From Felis catus (lineage: Eukaryota): a stretch of 64,000 nucleotides of DNA. Positions 29,327 through 40,689 of this stretch are shown piece after piece. Location: NCBI RefSeq assembly GCF_018350175.1, contig NC_058368.1, forward strand, positions 180,546,001-180,610,000, in the 5' to 3' direction. Position 1 is the stretch's first letter. Each line of letters starts with the position of its first letter. The notes beneath the pieces were generated by a model, which saw nothing but the letters and a program-made list of their open reading frames with translations, was not told the origin of the DNA and made no database searches. Both the position numbers and the translations under genes were made by a program.

Positions 29327-30766
29327 TTAGAAGAAGCAGAAAGAGAAATGAGAAGGGGGCTATGCAGCTGGTCTACTGGATCAAAGAGATGACAAAAATC
29401 CTGGTAAGGCTCTGTTTCTAGTGTCTTTCCACTTTATTGAACTGGAAAGAATCTAGCATAACAACCTAGTGTTCTAACATATCATGGCTCTTAGCTATTT
29501 CTTTTAATTGGACCTAAGCTCTTCATGCTATTTAGAGAGTTCATCCTTTCCCATCATACTAAAATACCATTGCTTCATTTAGCTGGTACAAAAGATCCCA
29601 GTCTGGTCCTGCTTTTGTGTCAGTGTTTTGTGTGTATCAGCCTTCTTTATTTTCCCCCATGGGTTTGATATATTTCTCAAGTGGGATTGAGGAACACTTC
29701 CATGAGACAAGGTTTTCTTTTAATCCATGCTTCCTTAATGTCTCCAGGGCACTAGATCATTAATACTAGGGCAACCTGGAATTTTCCTGACTTTCTGATG
29801 GGAGGCTCCCAGATCGATCCCTAGTCCTCAGCCTCAGGTCTTCCCTACTATTTCTCAGTGTGGATATGAATAAAGTTGGCATTTTAAAAAAATGATATTT
29901 TGCTGATATCACATCCAGAATCTATATTACTGAGGGAGAAGGTACAGTTTTAATATTTTATGTAATGGTGAGGTCACAAACGTGGATGAAGAGCTGCTAG
30001 GGCCCTAAGTGACACTAGACGTGTTTGTGAGAAATGTAATAGGAAGGCACTATTCCTCAGAGACCTGGACCTGTTTCTCTGCCATGCATCTAGCTGCCCT
30101 ATATGTTGCTGATAAGGATAGGACTAAGCCACAGGAAACTCTAAACTCAGTGTGACCCAGCTGGTGACCTTAAGTAAGTCTTTTGGCTGTGTTGGGTCCT
30201 AGACTGCTTATATGGATAATGAAGAAATCAGATCATTTCTCATGTCCCTTTTGGCTCAAAACCCTATAGTTTCTTCCCTTTGCAGTGTCTGTCATTTGTT
30301 GGAGGTTGAGACCAGAATAGGTATTCATGCTATTCCTATACTGGTTATTAAAATCACCACCTCTAGGTTGCAAACAGTGAATGCCTCTCTGCCTTAGGAT
30401 GCCACATGCCAAAAATCAGCATAGGCCTTTTGTTTTTCAGTTATTTCTCAATTGTAGTTTGGAATTATGGGAAGAAAGGGGATGGAAGAGGTGAAGGAAA
30501 GGTGAGGGTGATGATAGTGTTGGATGCATTTGTTCTGTAGACATTAGCTGGTAAATTACTAATTAAAACACCCCCATTTGGATTCTTCCTTGATTTAAGG
30601 AAGAAAAGAACTAGGAAGCTATTTTTAGGAACAATTTGTGAGTCAAGACCATCTTTAATTCCAACTTCTCCTCAGGTTGCTATTAAGACACATAATTGAA
30701 CTAGAAGTCAAGGTCTTTCTAAAATTCCAGCCTAGATAACTAGTTTAAAAGAGTAGGCTACCAGGG

Positions 30767-30832
30767 TTCCATTCCTTTCTGTTCCTTTCCGTTCCTTTCC
30801 TTTCCTTCCTCTTCCTCTTTCTCCTTCTTTTC

Positions 30833-30863
<31 letters not shown>

Positions 30864-30900
30864 CTTTTCTTTTCTTTTCTTTCTTTCTTTTTCTTCTTTT
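30767..30900. repeat. Pentanucleotide polypyrimidine tract (TTTCC/TTTTC)n
   Basis: Directly visible. Confidence 0.9.
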
Positions 30901-32322
30901 GCTATTAAGTCTTTAGAGAATATCCACATATGCAAAACAAATTAGGGCAGAAAGGGAAAACTTCATGCTATTTTTTTAATTAGATGCTGTACTTTGTTAC
31001 CAAATGATAGTAGCTGGCTAGCATCATGAGCAGAAGGATCAGGGCACTGCACATCTGTGCCTATCTGTGAGCAAGATAATTAATTCTGGACTTTCTTGGG
31101 AGCCTGATTCAAAGAGCCTTTTCAAAAACTCTGGTAGAAGAGCAGACAATTAAGGGTGTGAGGTCAGTTCTTGTTGGGGTCTCATTCTTCCCCATGGCCT
31201 CATACTTGCTCTAACCAAGATTCTTACAGAGAATCTCAGGTATGGACAGCCCATACTTCCACATTTGTGGCTATGGTGAAGGTCAAATGAGGTATGTGAG
31301 TTTGAACTGGGATGTCCTTTCAGGGCATTGTAGATTTATTTCTGCTTGGCCCAGTTGGGGTGCCTATAGGCAGCCAGCTTGGGAGTACCTGAGGAAGAGG
31401 CAGAGGGTGCATACGCATAACTTTTCCACTGAAGTTGATGATCTTATACAACTTGACTCCATTTTTGTCTAATTCTCACCTAACATCAGGAAGAAGCCCC
31501 TTCCATGTTTCATTTCAAGAAGTGAGGAGAAACATTCCCTTGAGTATTAAAATACATTATTTTGTTTTTCTCTCTTCTTCTAAATAAAAAGGTCACTTTT
31601 CTTCCATTTCAGTGCAACCTTGGGACAAGCTGGAGTTTTCCTAGCTTTGTAATGGGAAGCTCCCCAGAGCCATATGCACAAATATGTGTGTTGTACACTC
31701 CATATGTGAATTTCACCAGTATGGTTTTAAATGATAACCTGGAGCAGTTGAATGACAAAGGCTATTCAGACAAAAGTACTTGGTCTACACCCTTCATACT
31801 ACTTAAAAGTGATTTAACTCCATGAAAATTCCCAATGCATCTGACTGTTGGATTCATTCTGACCAGCAGATTGGCAATTAACTTGTTTTTTTTTAAATGA
31901 CCATATATCCAGGGGAAAAAATCATTAATGAGTTGAAAATGAGTTTTTGACCCGTTTCCAGTTCATTAAAGCTTTTGTGAACCCAGTCCAGCATTTACAA
32001 AAGCCAGAAGTTTGCCTCAACTGTTTAGCCCAATTATGGACCGCGCTGAGCAGTCAGGATAAAAGTTCGCTGAGGGTTCATTATCTTGCACTTGCATCTC
32101 CCGGAAATTCTAATTACTGTCAGCTTATTTGGTTGCTTTTTGACTGCATTTCATAATTGCTAAAGCTTATCATATCCACAACACACAATTAGCACATAAA
32201 AAAGTTACTATATTTGGTACATAAAAATACACAACATTACACAAGAAGCACAAAACAAAAAGCAAACACAAGGAAGCAAACGAACCATATCAAATTATAT
32301 GGGAAAGAGTTCTTCGTCTTAC

Positions 32323-32343
32323 CTATGTTTAAACTCTTTATTT
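32323..32343 (-). CDS. TENM2: TENM2 21-nt alternatively spliced micro-exon (inserts NKEFKHS into the beta-propeller)
   Basis: Minus strand reads tttctataaag|AAATAAAGAGTTTAAACATAG|gtaaga. Long polypyrimidine tract and CTAAC branch motif upstream; phase 2 to 2, frame-preserving. Confidence 0.95.
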
Positions 32344-32386
32344 CTTTATAGAAAGAAAACAGAAGGAAAAAGAACAAACAGTTAGC
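32344..32386 (-). promoter_or_regulatory. Branch point and polypyrimidine tract of the micro-exon
   Basis: gCTAACtgtttgttctttttccttctgttttctttctataaAG; putative branch A at 32382 (-39). Confidence 0.7.
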
Positions 32387-33121
32387 TGAAGAATTGATGA
32401 TAAAGCAAACATAACATTTTCATTTCTTGTATAAAGGGACCCAAAAAAAGGCACTCGTCTTCCTTTTTTTTTCCCTTCTAGCTGACAGCTCCTGGCTCAA
32501 TTACTTGGGGAACACCCCTGATTTTGGACTCTTCCTGGCCATTGAAAAATCTACAGAAGAATGCTTGAATTCTCTGACCAGCAATGTGGCTGTCACATGA
32601 CACAGGTGGCAACAGGTGAAAGAGGTCTTTTGGCTAATGAAAGATGGCAAATAGTTTCCCTCTTGAGTGCCAATACTGATTGATTAGTGATGCCTGCCAG
32701 GAGCACAGAAGTAGAAGGATTCTGAAGCCAAATGCCAATCAGCTGTAACAAGTGCTGGGACTCATTTGTAATGTCTGCCCTGGGTGTGGGAGGGAACCTG
32801 GTGCCACCTGTGCCACCTATATGTTATTGGTGCATCACAGGGTAGAGTCAGTACCATCCAAGACAGCCTCTTCCCAAATCCATCTGCAGTTTGGCAAACA
32901 TTCTGTTGAACCCTGAGAGTCTCAACCATTTCCTATCCCTGTTCTATGACACCTTCCCTCTCCCTAACTCAATTTGCATGTGTGGGGCCCCTTGTATACA
33001 TTCTTTCCTACAGATAACATTCATACATGAAATTCATAGATATTAATATTCTCTATAATTGGAGCCAAAGACTCCATTTACCATTTCTTTTTTTTGGAAA
33101 AGTGGTAAAAGTGTTGCTGTT

Positions 33122-33222
33122 CTTTTTTTTAATTTTAATTTTAATGTTTATTTTTATTTTTGAGAGAGAATGTGTGAGAAGGGAAGGAGCAGAGAGAGAA
33201 GGGGGACAGAGGATCTGAAGCA
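33122..33222 (-). mobile_element. 5'-truncated Can-SINE (tail and GA tract)
   Basis: tttaatgtttatttttatttttgagagagaa...gggggacagaggatctgaagc. Confidence 0.8.
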
Positions 33223-34424
33223 TTTTTTAAGAACAAAAATACACGTCAATTTCAACAGGAAAGAGGCTAGAAGTTAATAACATTAGGGCAAAGAGGAGAG
33301 ATGCTAAGGCCTCAAGTAAAGAGAACTGCTTCTCATTCCTGAGACTTCTAGGCCAAAGTGGAAGGAGTCTCTAACCCCCTCTTTCCCTCCTGGCTGAGGG
33401 AGGAGGCTTCAGGGGAGGGACAAAGAGAACTAATGCCCTGATTCCTGCTTAGGTGCAGCCTGGGCCTCTGCCAGGGGCCATGATTAGTGGTGGGTTTGCA
33501 CAGGGATTACATTTTTATATTTTATTCCAATGTGTTAGTTTTCGTTAAAAAAAAAGTTAATTAAATGATGCTGATAACTCCTGAGCTCTGACTGACATAG
33601 TGCAATTTAAGATTCATTCTGCAAAGCCTGGTGTGTCAGGGTGGCAGCCGGGAATTCTCGCGTCTATTTTATATTGCTTAATGAAAGTGAAATGTTATCT
33701 GCCACCAGTGGTAGTCATATTTGGCTCTTAATTATTGCAATATCAATTCCAGTGTTTTAGTCAAGATTTTGTGAAAAGACTGGATGGGATTTGGGTCTGC
33801 AGACCTGACCTACTTCTTTCCTAAGAACTTGTGCTTTAAGTTGATTAATATAATATCTATGCTGGGGAAAGGAGAAGGGCAGGAGTGGCAGACCAAGTCA
33901 CTGAGGGTACAGTCCAAATGATCATATGGATATGAGCTTTGGAGACCAACTGAGGTCACCACTATTCCAGTCCAAGGCCATTGGCAGCATGGGTACTTAG
34001 TAGCCAACAAACCAAAATAATGGCATTGAGTCAATCGATGTAGATCAGCACAGGTGCCTTACATACAAAAGACAGGCCAAGGCTTTGTGTTTGCAATAAT
34101 GCAAACCCTTTAGGCACAGCCTTCAAGGGCAGAGTGGTGTCTCAGATTCAAGAAGTGAGATGGCTTAGCTCATCAACATTTGAGACTGTTGCCTCCTTCC
34201 CTTCCAACTCCCTCTGTGCCACAGAATAGGGTGGTATTGGAGTGGCCACAGTTTTTTTGTTTCAGTTCTAATGAAAGAGAAGTTAGCTGGGATAAATTCA
34301 GTTTAGGGGGGACATGCTTATGTGTTAATTAGTTAATTAATATGCTTAAATTAGTTTTAGGGGGATATGCTTATGTGGCTCATATGTGGTCCTTTCATTA
34401 TCTAGTTAGATTACTGCTAGTGTT

Positions 34425-34637
34425 GGGGTGCCTGGGTGGCTTGGTCGGTTGAGCATCCGACTTCGGCTCAGGTCATGATCTCACGGTCCGTGAGTTCGAG
34501 CCCTGGTTCGGGCTCTGTGCTGACAGCGCAGAGCCTGGAGCCTGTTTCAGATTCTGTGTCTCCTTCTCTCTCTGCCCCTCCCCTGTTCATGCTCTGTCTC
34601 TCTCTGTCTCAAAAATAAATAAACGCTAAAAAAAAAA
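34425..34637 (+). mobile_element. Can-SINE (SINEC_Fc-like) with 15-bp TSD
   Basis: TSD agattactgctagtg at 34408-34422 and 34638-34652. Confidence 0.93.
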
Positions 34638-34736
34638 AGATTACTGCTAGTGATTCTGGTATAGGAATGGCTTTCAGGAAAGCTTCTGCCCTATTGTTCA
34701 GACTCACTAAGCATTATTACTGGAAATGTAATGCCC

Positions 34737-35002
34737 AATGTCACCAAATGGGTGTGGTGTGGCTTGCTCCAAGTGGGGCCTTAGCTCATTCCATTGATGT
34801 TATGGCTTCCACAACTTGAGAGACATGAGACCAAGGACAGATTCCAACAAAAGGGAGGACACTGGTGCATGTCTCCTTTAACTCAAGCAGTGTGTCCTGA
34901 GCCCCTGATGTGGACCAGAAACTGTTCCAGGCATCAAGGGGCAAAGATGCCAAAGGTGTCTGCTCTACAGAAGCTTATACACTAGTGCCCTAAAGACTTA
35001 CA
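34737..35002 (+). repeat. Copy 1 of a diverged ~265-bp local direct duplication
   Basis: Colinear with 39386-39648; shared blocks tgggtgtggtgtg, caaggacagattccaa, tgtctcctttaactcaag, atcaaggggcaaagatgccaaaggt, aagacttaca. Confidence 0.9.
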
Positions 35003-35084
35003 CAGAATATTTCACTATTACCAGGACATCAGTGACAGGCTGGTTAATGAGTGTTAACTCAAAGACTATTTAGATTATTCACTG

Positions 35085-35560
35085 TACAAGGAAACCTGAA
35101 ATGCACAGAAATATTATTAAAGAAGTCTGATAAAGATTTTTCCAAATTTTACAACTCTAACAATGTTCATAACATCACCAATAATCAGTTGTAGACATGA
35201 AACATTTACTAACTTATCAATAATCTGAAACAAATCTTGACTATAGCTATGCCAGAGGAAAGACTGAATATTGCTCTATTCTTTTTATAGGTAATGACAT
35301 TACAAAATCATTGTCATATTAAAAGACAATCAAAAACTATGCAGCCAAAAAGTGTAGGAAAACAAGTATCATGGAAGTGTAATAGTTAATTAATAAAACA
35401 TTTTAGGTAATTTCATCTGGATTTTGTGATGTTTGCACTAACTATCAGCTTTTCAAAATGTGCAATTTCTGTTGGTTTCCTTTTTCATCCTAAATAATAC
35501 TACATTTCATTCAAAGTTATGTTAAGATTTAGTCCCCATGAAACCTGGACCTGCCTTTGG
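35085..35560 (+). mobile_element. Ancient hAT DNA transposon remnant (Tip100/Zaphod-like, transposase C-terminus)
   Basis: atgccagaggaaagactgaat (MPEERLN) at 35249 resembles the hAT dimerisation motif; the surrounding sequence resembles the remembered Zaphod consensus. Confidence 0.6.
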
Positions 35561-36490
35561 TAAAGGACTTTGAAAACAGTGCCAAGAACTGCCCCAAATT
35601 TTATGGGGATATTGTTGTTATTGTTATTCTGGGTAGGGGTGATATGTTATATTTTGTTTCCTGACTTTGGTATTTATAGCCTGATCACACAGGGAAAGCA
35701 TATAACTAGAACTTTATATTCCCCCCTATCATTCTATGCCCGTATCAAGAAGGGTCTTTTCTCATTGAAATTCTCAGGCAAAGCTTATCTTTGGTGAAGC
35801 TTTCTTCTAACTTCTGCTGCTCTTGCCCTCTTTCTTAGGCTCCCATTCTCTTGTGATTCTTCCCTCTCTATCACTAATACATCTGGCCTGGACAATTCCC
35901 TTCCCTGAAGATCTTCCCTGATAAAGCTATTGCTGTTGACCCACATCAATAGTACCATCAGAATCTCAGCATGGGAGGGACAGAAGGATCATACCTCAAG
36001 ATCATAAAAGCCATATATGAAAGACCACTGCAAATATCATCCTCAAGGGAAAAAACCAAGAGCTTTCCCCCTAAGGTCAGGAACACGACAAGGATGTCTA
36101 CTCTCACCACTGTTATTCAACATAGTGTTGGAAGTCCTAGCCTCAGCAATCAGACAACACAAAGAAAGAAAAGGCATCCAAACTGGCAAGGAAGAAATCA
36201 AACTCTCACTCTTTTCAGACAACATGATACTCTATGTGGAAACCCAAAAGACTCTGATAAAAAACTGCTACAACTGATCTATGAATTCAGCAAAATCACA
36301 GGATATAAAATCAGTGTACAGAAATAGGTTGCATTTCTATACACCAATAATGAAACAGCAGAAAGAAATCATGGAATCAGTCCCATTTAGAACTGCACCA
36401 AAAAAACATAAAATACCTAGGAATCAACTTAACCAAAGAGGTAAAAAATCTATACACTGAAAACTATAGAAAGCTTATAAAAGAAATTGA

Positions 36491-36493
<3 letters not shown>

Positions 36494-36555
<62 letters not shown>

Positions 36556-36557
36556 AC
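36494..36557. repeat. (CT)n(CA)n microsatellite inside L1
   Basis: Directly visible. Confidence 0.95.
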
Positions 36558-37827
36558 AAATGGAAAAACATTCAATGCTCATGGATTGGAAGAATAAATA
36601 GTTAAAATGTCAATACTACCCAAAGCAATCTACACATTCAATGCAATCCCAATCAAAATTGCACTGGCATTCTTTTCAAAGCTAGGACAAATAATCCTAC
36701 AATTTGTATGGAACAACAAAAGACCCCAAATAGCCAAAGCAATCCTGAAAAAGAAAACCAAAGCCGGAGGCATCACACTCCCTGACTTCAAGCTGTATTA
36801 CAAAGCTATAATCATCAAGACAGTATGGTACTGGCACAAAAACAGACACAGAGATCACTGCAACAGAATAGAGAACCCAGATATGGACCCACAAATGTAT
36901 GGGCAACTAATCTTTGACAAAGCAGGAAAGAATATCCAAAGGAAAAAGTCTCTTCAGCAAATGGTGTTGGGAAAACTGGACAGTAACATGCAGAAGAATG
37001 AAAATGGACCACTTTCTTACACCATACACAAAAATAAACTCAAAATGGATGAAAGACCTCAATGTAAGACAGGAAGCCATCAAAATCCTAGAGGAGAAAA
37101 CAGACAACAACCTCTTTGACCTTGGTTGCAGCAACTTCTTACTTGACATGCCTCTGGAGGCAAGGGTAACAAAGGCAAAAATGAACTATTGGGACCTCAT
37201 CAAGATAAAAAGCTTCTGCACAGCAAAATAAACAATCAGCAAAACTAAAAGGCAACCGACAGATTGAGAGAAGATATTTGCAAATAACATCAGATAAAGG
37301 GTTAGTATCCAAAATCTATAAAGAAGTTATCTAACTCAACACCCCCACCAAAAAACCCCAAAAACAAATAATCCAGTGAAGAAATGGGCAAAAGACATAA
37401 ATAGACACTTTTCCAAAGAAGACATCCAGATGGCTAAGAGAACACATGAAAAAATGCTCAACATCACCCATCACCAGGGAAATACAAAGCAAAACCACAA
37501 TGAGATACCACCTCACACCTGTCATAATGGCTAAAATTAACAACTCAGGCAACAAAAGATGTTGGCGGGGATGTGAAGAAAGAGGAACACTTTTGAACTG
37601 ATGGTGGGAATGCAAACTGGTACAACCACTCTGGAAAACAGTATGGAGGTTCCTCAAAAAATTAAAAATAGAACTACCCTACGTCCCAGCAAGTGCACTA
37701 CTAGGTATTTATCCAAAGGATACAGAAGTGCTGTTTCAAAGGGGCACACATACCCCAATGTTTATAGCAGCAGTATTAATAATAGCCAAAGTATGGAAAG
37801 AGCCCAGATATCCATCAAGTGATAAAT

Positions 37828-37887
37828 ATATTAAACTGATAAGAACAGATACTACACTTGATCTTAGCCAAAAGGCCGAGAAGCGAT
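37828..37887 (-). pseudogene. RNU2: U2 snRNA 5' fragment (nt 1-60), tailless retropseudogene with 16-bp TSD
   Basis: Minus strand reads ATCGCTTCTCGGCCTTTTGGCTAAGATCAAGTGTAGTATCTGTTCTTATCAGTTTAATAT, matching vertebrate U2 nt 1-60 as I recall it. Flanked by caagtgataaatatat at 37816-37831 and 37888-37903. Confidence 0.93.
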
Positions 37888-39385
37888 CAAGTGATAAATA
37901 TATAAAGAAAATGTGGTATGTGTGTGTGTTGTATATATACATGTATGTGTGTGTGTGTGCTGTGTATATATATATATACAGCACACACACATATATACAC
38001 GTACACACACATACACACACACACACACAATGGAATATTACTTGGTGATCAAAAAGAATGAACTCTTGCCATATGCAACAATGTGGATGGAACTAGAATG
38101 TATCATGCTAAGCAAAATTAGTCAGAGAAAGGTAAATACCATACAACTTCATTCATAAGTGGAATTTAAGATACAAAACAAATGAACATAAGGGAAGGGA
38201 AGCAAAAATAATATAAAAACAGGAGGACAAACCATCAGAGACTCTTAAATACAGAGAACAAACTGAGGGTTGCTGAAGGGGTTTTAGGTTGGGGGATGGG
38301 CTAAATGGACAAGGGGCATTAAGGAGGACACTTTTTGGGATGAGTGGTGGGTATTATATGTAAGTGATGAATCACTAAATTCTATTCCTGAAATCATTAT
38401 TACACTATATGTTAACTAACTTGGATATATAAAAAAAGAATCTCAGCATGGGAAAGTGTTTTAGTTGGGGAACAAAAGCATTTTTCGTATCATAATTTTA
38501 TATTTGGAAAATAAAAAGTTTTTTAGTATTTCAAACATTATGGAAAGTGTGAGATTCTTATGTTTAGCACAAGAGGCCAAGTTAAGACAAGGCAGAGAGA
38601 CACTGTCCCATGCCTTATAATTTATTGCCTTATATTGGGATCCAATTCCAAAGATGTTCTCAATTGAGGAGGAAGAAAGATTTTTCTGTGCCAGAAATTC
38701 ACTCTAAGGTGTTAGTCACTGACAAATTTACTCTCTAAGGCTGGGGTTTTCTAAGGATTACCTGGAGTGAGTGTAGTTATAAGAAAGGGAATATGCCACT
38801 AAAAGTGGGGTATCAGGCTTTTTGGGGAAGTGCATGATGAAAATGTCTTGAATGCTGGTGGAACTGCAGCATACAAATGATAACCATTTTACGTAAGAAT
38901 AAGGCTCTTTCTAACATTAGAAGTTTTCCAAGTGCGTAGAACTCTGCCCCTGTATGTTTTTGTATAGACAAAGGAAGGAGGAAGAGAGAAGGAACCATGG
39001 GAACATTTATATAAAATTCTGACTCAGATGCTTAGATCTGGGGTGGGTAAGTGAGATACGGATGGGCACTGAATCCTGAAACTAAATCATTTAGCTGCCA
39101 ACTCACAATGGAGAAAAGACATAAGCAAGACAGGTCTCTTTCCCCTCCTCCCTCCCTCCCCTGGTTACTGTTTTTGAAAAGAGGGGATTGACAGCCTTAG
39201 TTTTCAGTTATGTGGTGGGAAGAAAAGAAAAATCAAACCAGTATTCTTGTAAAAGCTTAACTTCTAATCGTCTCTGGATACCTGGCTGATGAAAGCAAGA
39301 ACAAGTCTAAAGGCAGTTAAAACGGAAAAAGAAACCACACAGCTATTGAGGGAAATTGATAGTTACACTCCCTCCAGCTGTCCTT

Positions 39386-39648
39386 AATGTCATCATGTGG
39401 GTGTGGTGTGCTGCTCTGAGTGGGCCCTTAGCTGTTATCATTAATGTTGTGGCCTCTACAAATTGAGAGACCTAGAATCAAGGACAGATTCCAATAAAGG
39501 AGGACAATGGTCTGTGTCTCCTTTAACTCAAGAAATGTGCCTTAAGCCCCCAGTGTGGACAAGGCATTGCTCTAGGTATCAAGGGGCAAAGATGCCAAAG
39601 GTACCTGTGCTATGGAAGTTCACACACTAGGACCCTAGAAGACTTACA
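39386..39648 (+). repeat. Copy 2 of the diverged ~265-bp local direct duplication
   Basis: See copy 1. Confidence 0.9.
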
Positions 39649-40472
39649 TGGAAATAACTGAAAAACAAGGCAATAAATGGGGTCACTTTTGTGGAAAATT
39701 AGAGTTAAGTGACCCAGAGGAGGGTGAGAATTATTTCTGCTAGAGAGGTCAGGCTTCATGGAGAGGGGACCTTCAAAATGAGCATTAAAGATGGACATGA
39801 TGAGGCTGATTAGACAAAGTATTTTAAGTAGAGCAAGTAGCATGAGTCCAGGTTTGGAGGTGGGAATGTAGTAGGCAAGTGCTGATTTAGCTCTGAGCAC
39901 CTAGACCCATGACAAAGAAGTAAGGGCCAGACAATGGAGAGTTGGTTATAAATGTCAGATTTAAAAATGCAACCCTCATGGAAAAGCAGAATGCTACCTT
40001 CACTCCCTTCCCTGACTCCTGCCATGGCTCTCCACTGCCAATGGGATTCCTGAGAAAAGGACTCTCCTAGGATAAAAAGGGAAATGAACATCTTGGGAAG
40101 GGGACCTAGTTGGGTAGCTTTAGAAAATGTGGTTTGTCTGATTGGCAATTTGACAGCTTGAGGATTATCTATTTGTCTCCTTCTCCTCTCACTGTTTATC
40201 TTTTGCTCATTATACTCTTCTAGTCTACCCCATGACTTCCCCTTCTTTATTTCCATGATGGGTGGTTGTTGGTTCTTCTACAATACTCATCCTGAATTGT
40301 CTCTGCTTGCCTAGGTTCCCATCTGTCATCTTCAAATGGGTGCTCTTTGAGCCTTGTGTTTCATCCCCTTCTAGACCTTTAGAGCCCAGCACATGCTTGG
40401 CTCACATTATGTTCAGTAAATGCCTACTGGATCACTGAATCTGTAACCTTCTTGGGGGTGAAGCTCGGGTTT

Positions 40473-40476
<4 letters not shown>

Positions 40477-40522
<46 letters not shown>
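40477..40522. repeat. (CT)n microsatellite
   Basis: Directly visible. Confidence 0.95.
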
Positions 40523-40528
<6 letters not shown>

Positions 40529-40689
40529 CGCCCAGTGCTTGGCACAGTCTCAGGTCCCAGGAATAGTCAGCAGTACTTGCTGATGGTCTAATCACTGATC
40601 TCTCTCCCAGAAGGGGCCACTAAAATGCAAGTGCAACCTGTGGCTTCTTCTAAGTCCTTCACATGGTAGCTGAGGCTACTTTAGAAAGC

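Larger units (their letters stand above)
35977..38436 (+). mobile_element. 5'-truncated felid/carnivore LINE-1 (~2.5 kb) with 17-bp TSD
   Basis: ORF2 fragments ([36 protein letters not shown]), 3'UTR and A tail; TSD agaatctcagcatggga at 35960-35976 and 38437-38453. Confidence 0.95.

Noticed and set aside
32024..32050. REST/RE1-like motif tttagcccaattatggaccgcgctg near the micro-exon
   Set aside because: Both half-sites are degenerate and the spacer is non-canonical; too weak without ChIP data.
35971..37231. Reverse-transcriptase-like ORFs
   Set aside because: Frameshifted fragments of a 5'-truncated L1 ORF2, not a functional gene.
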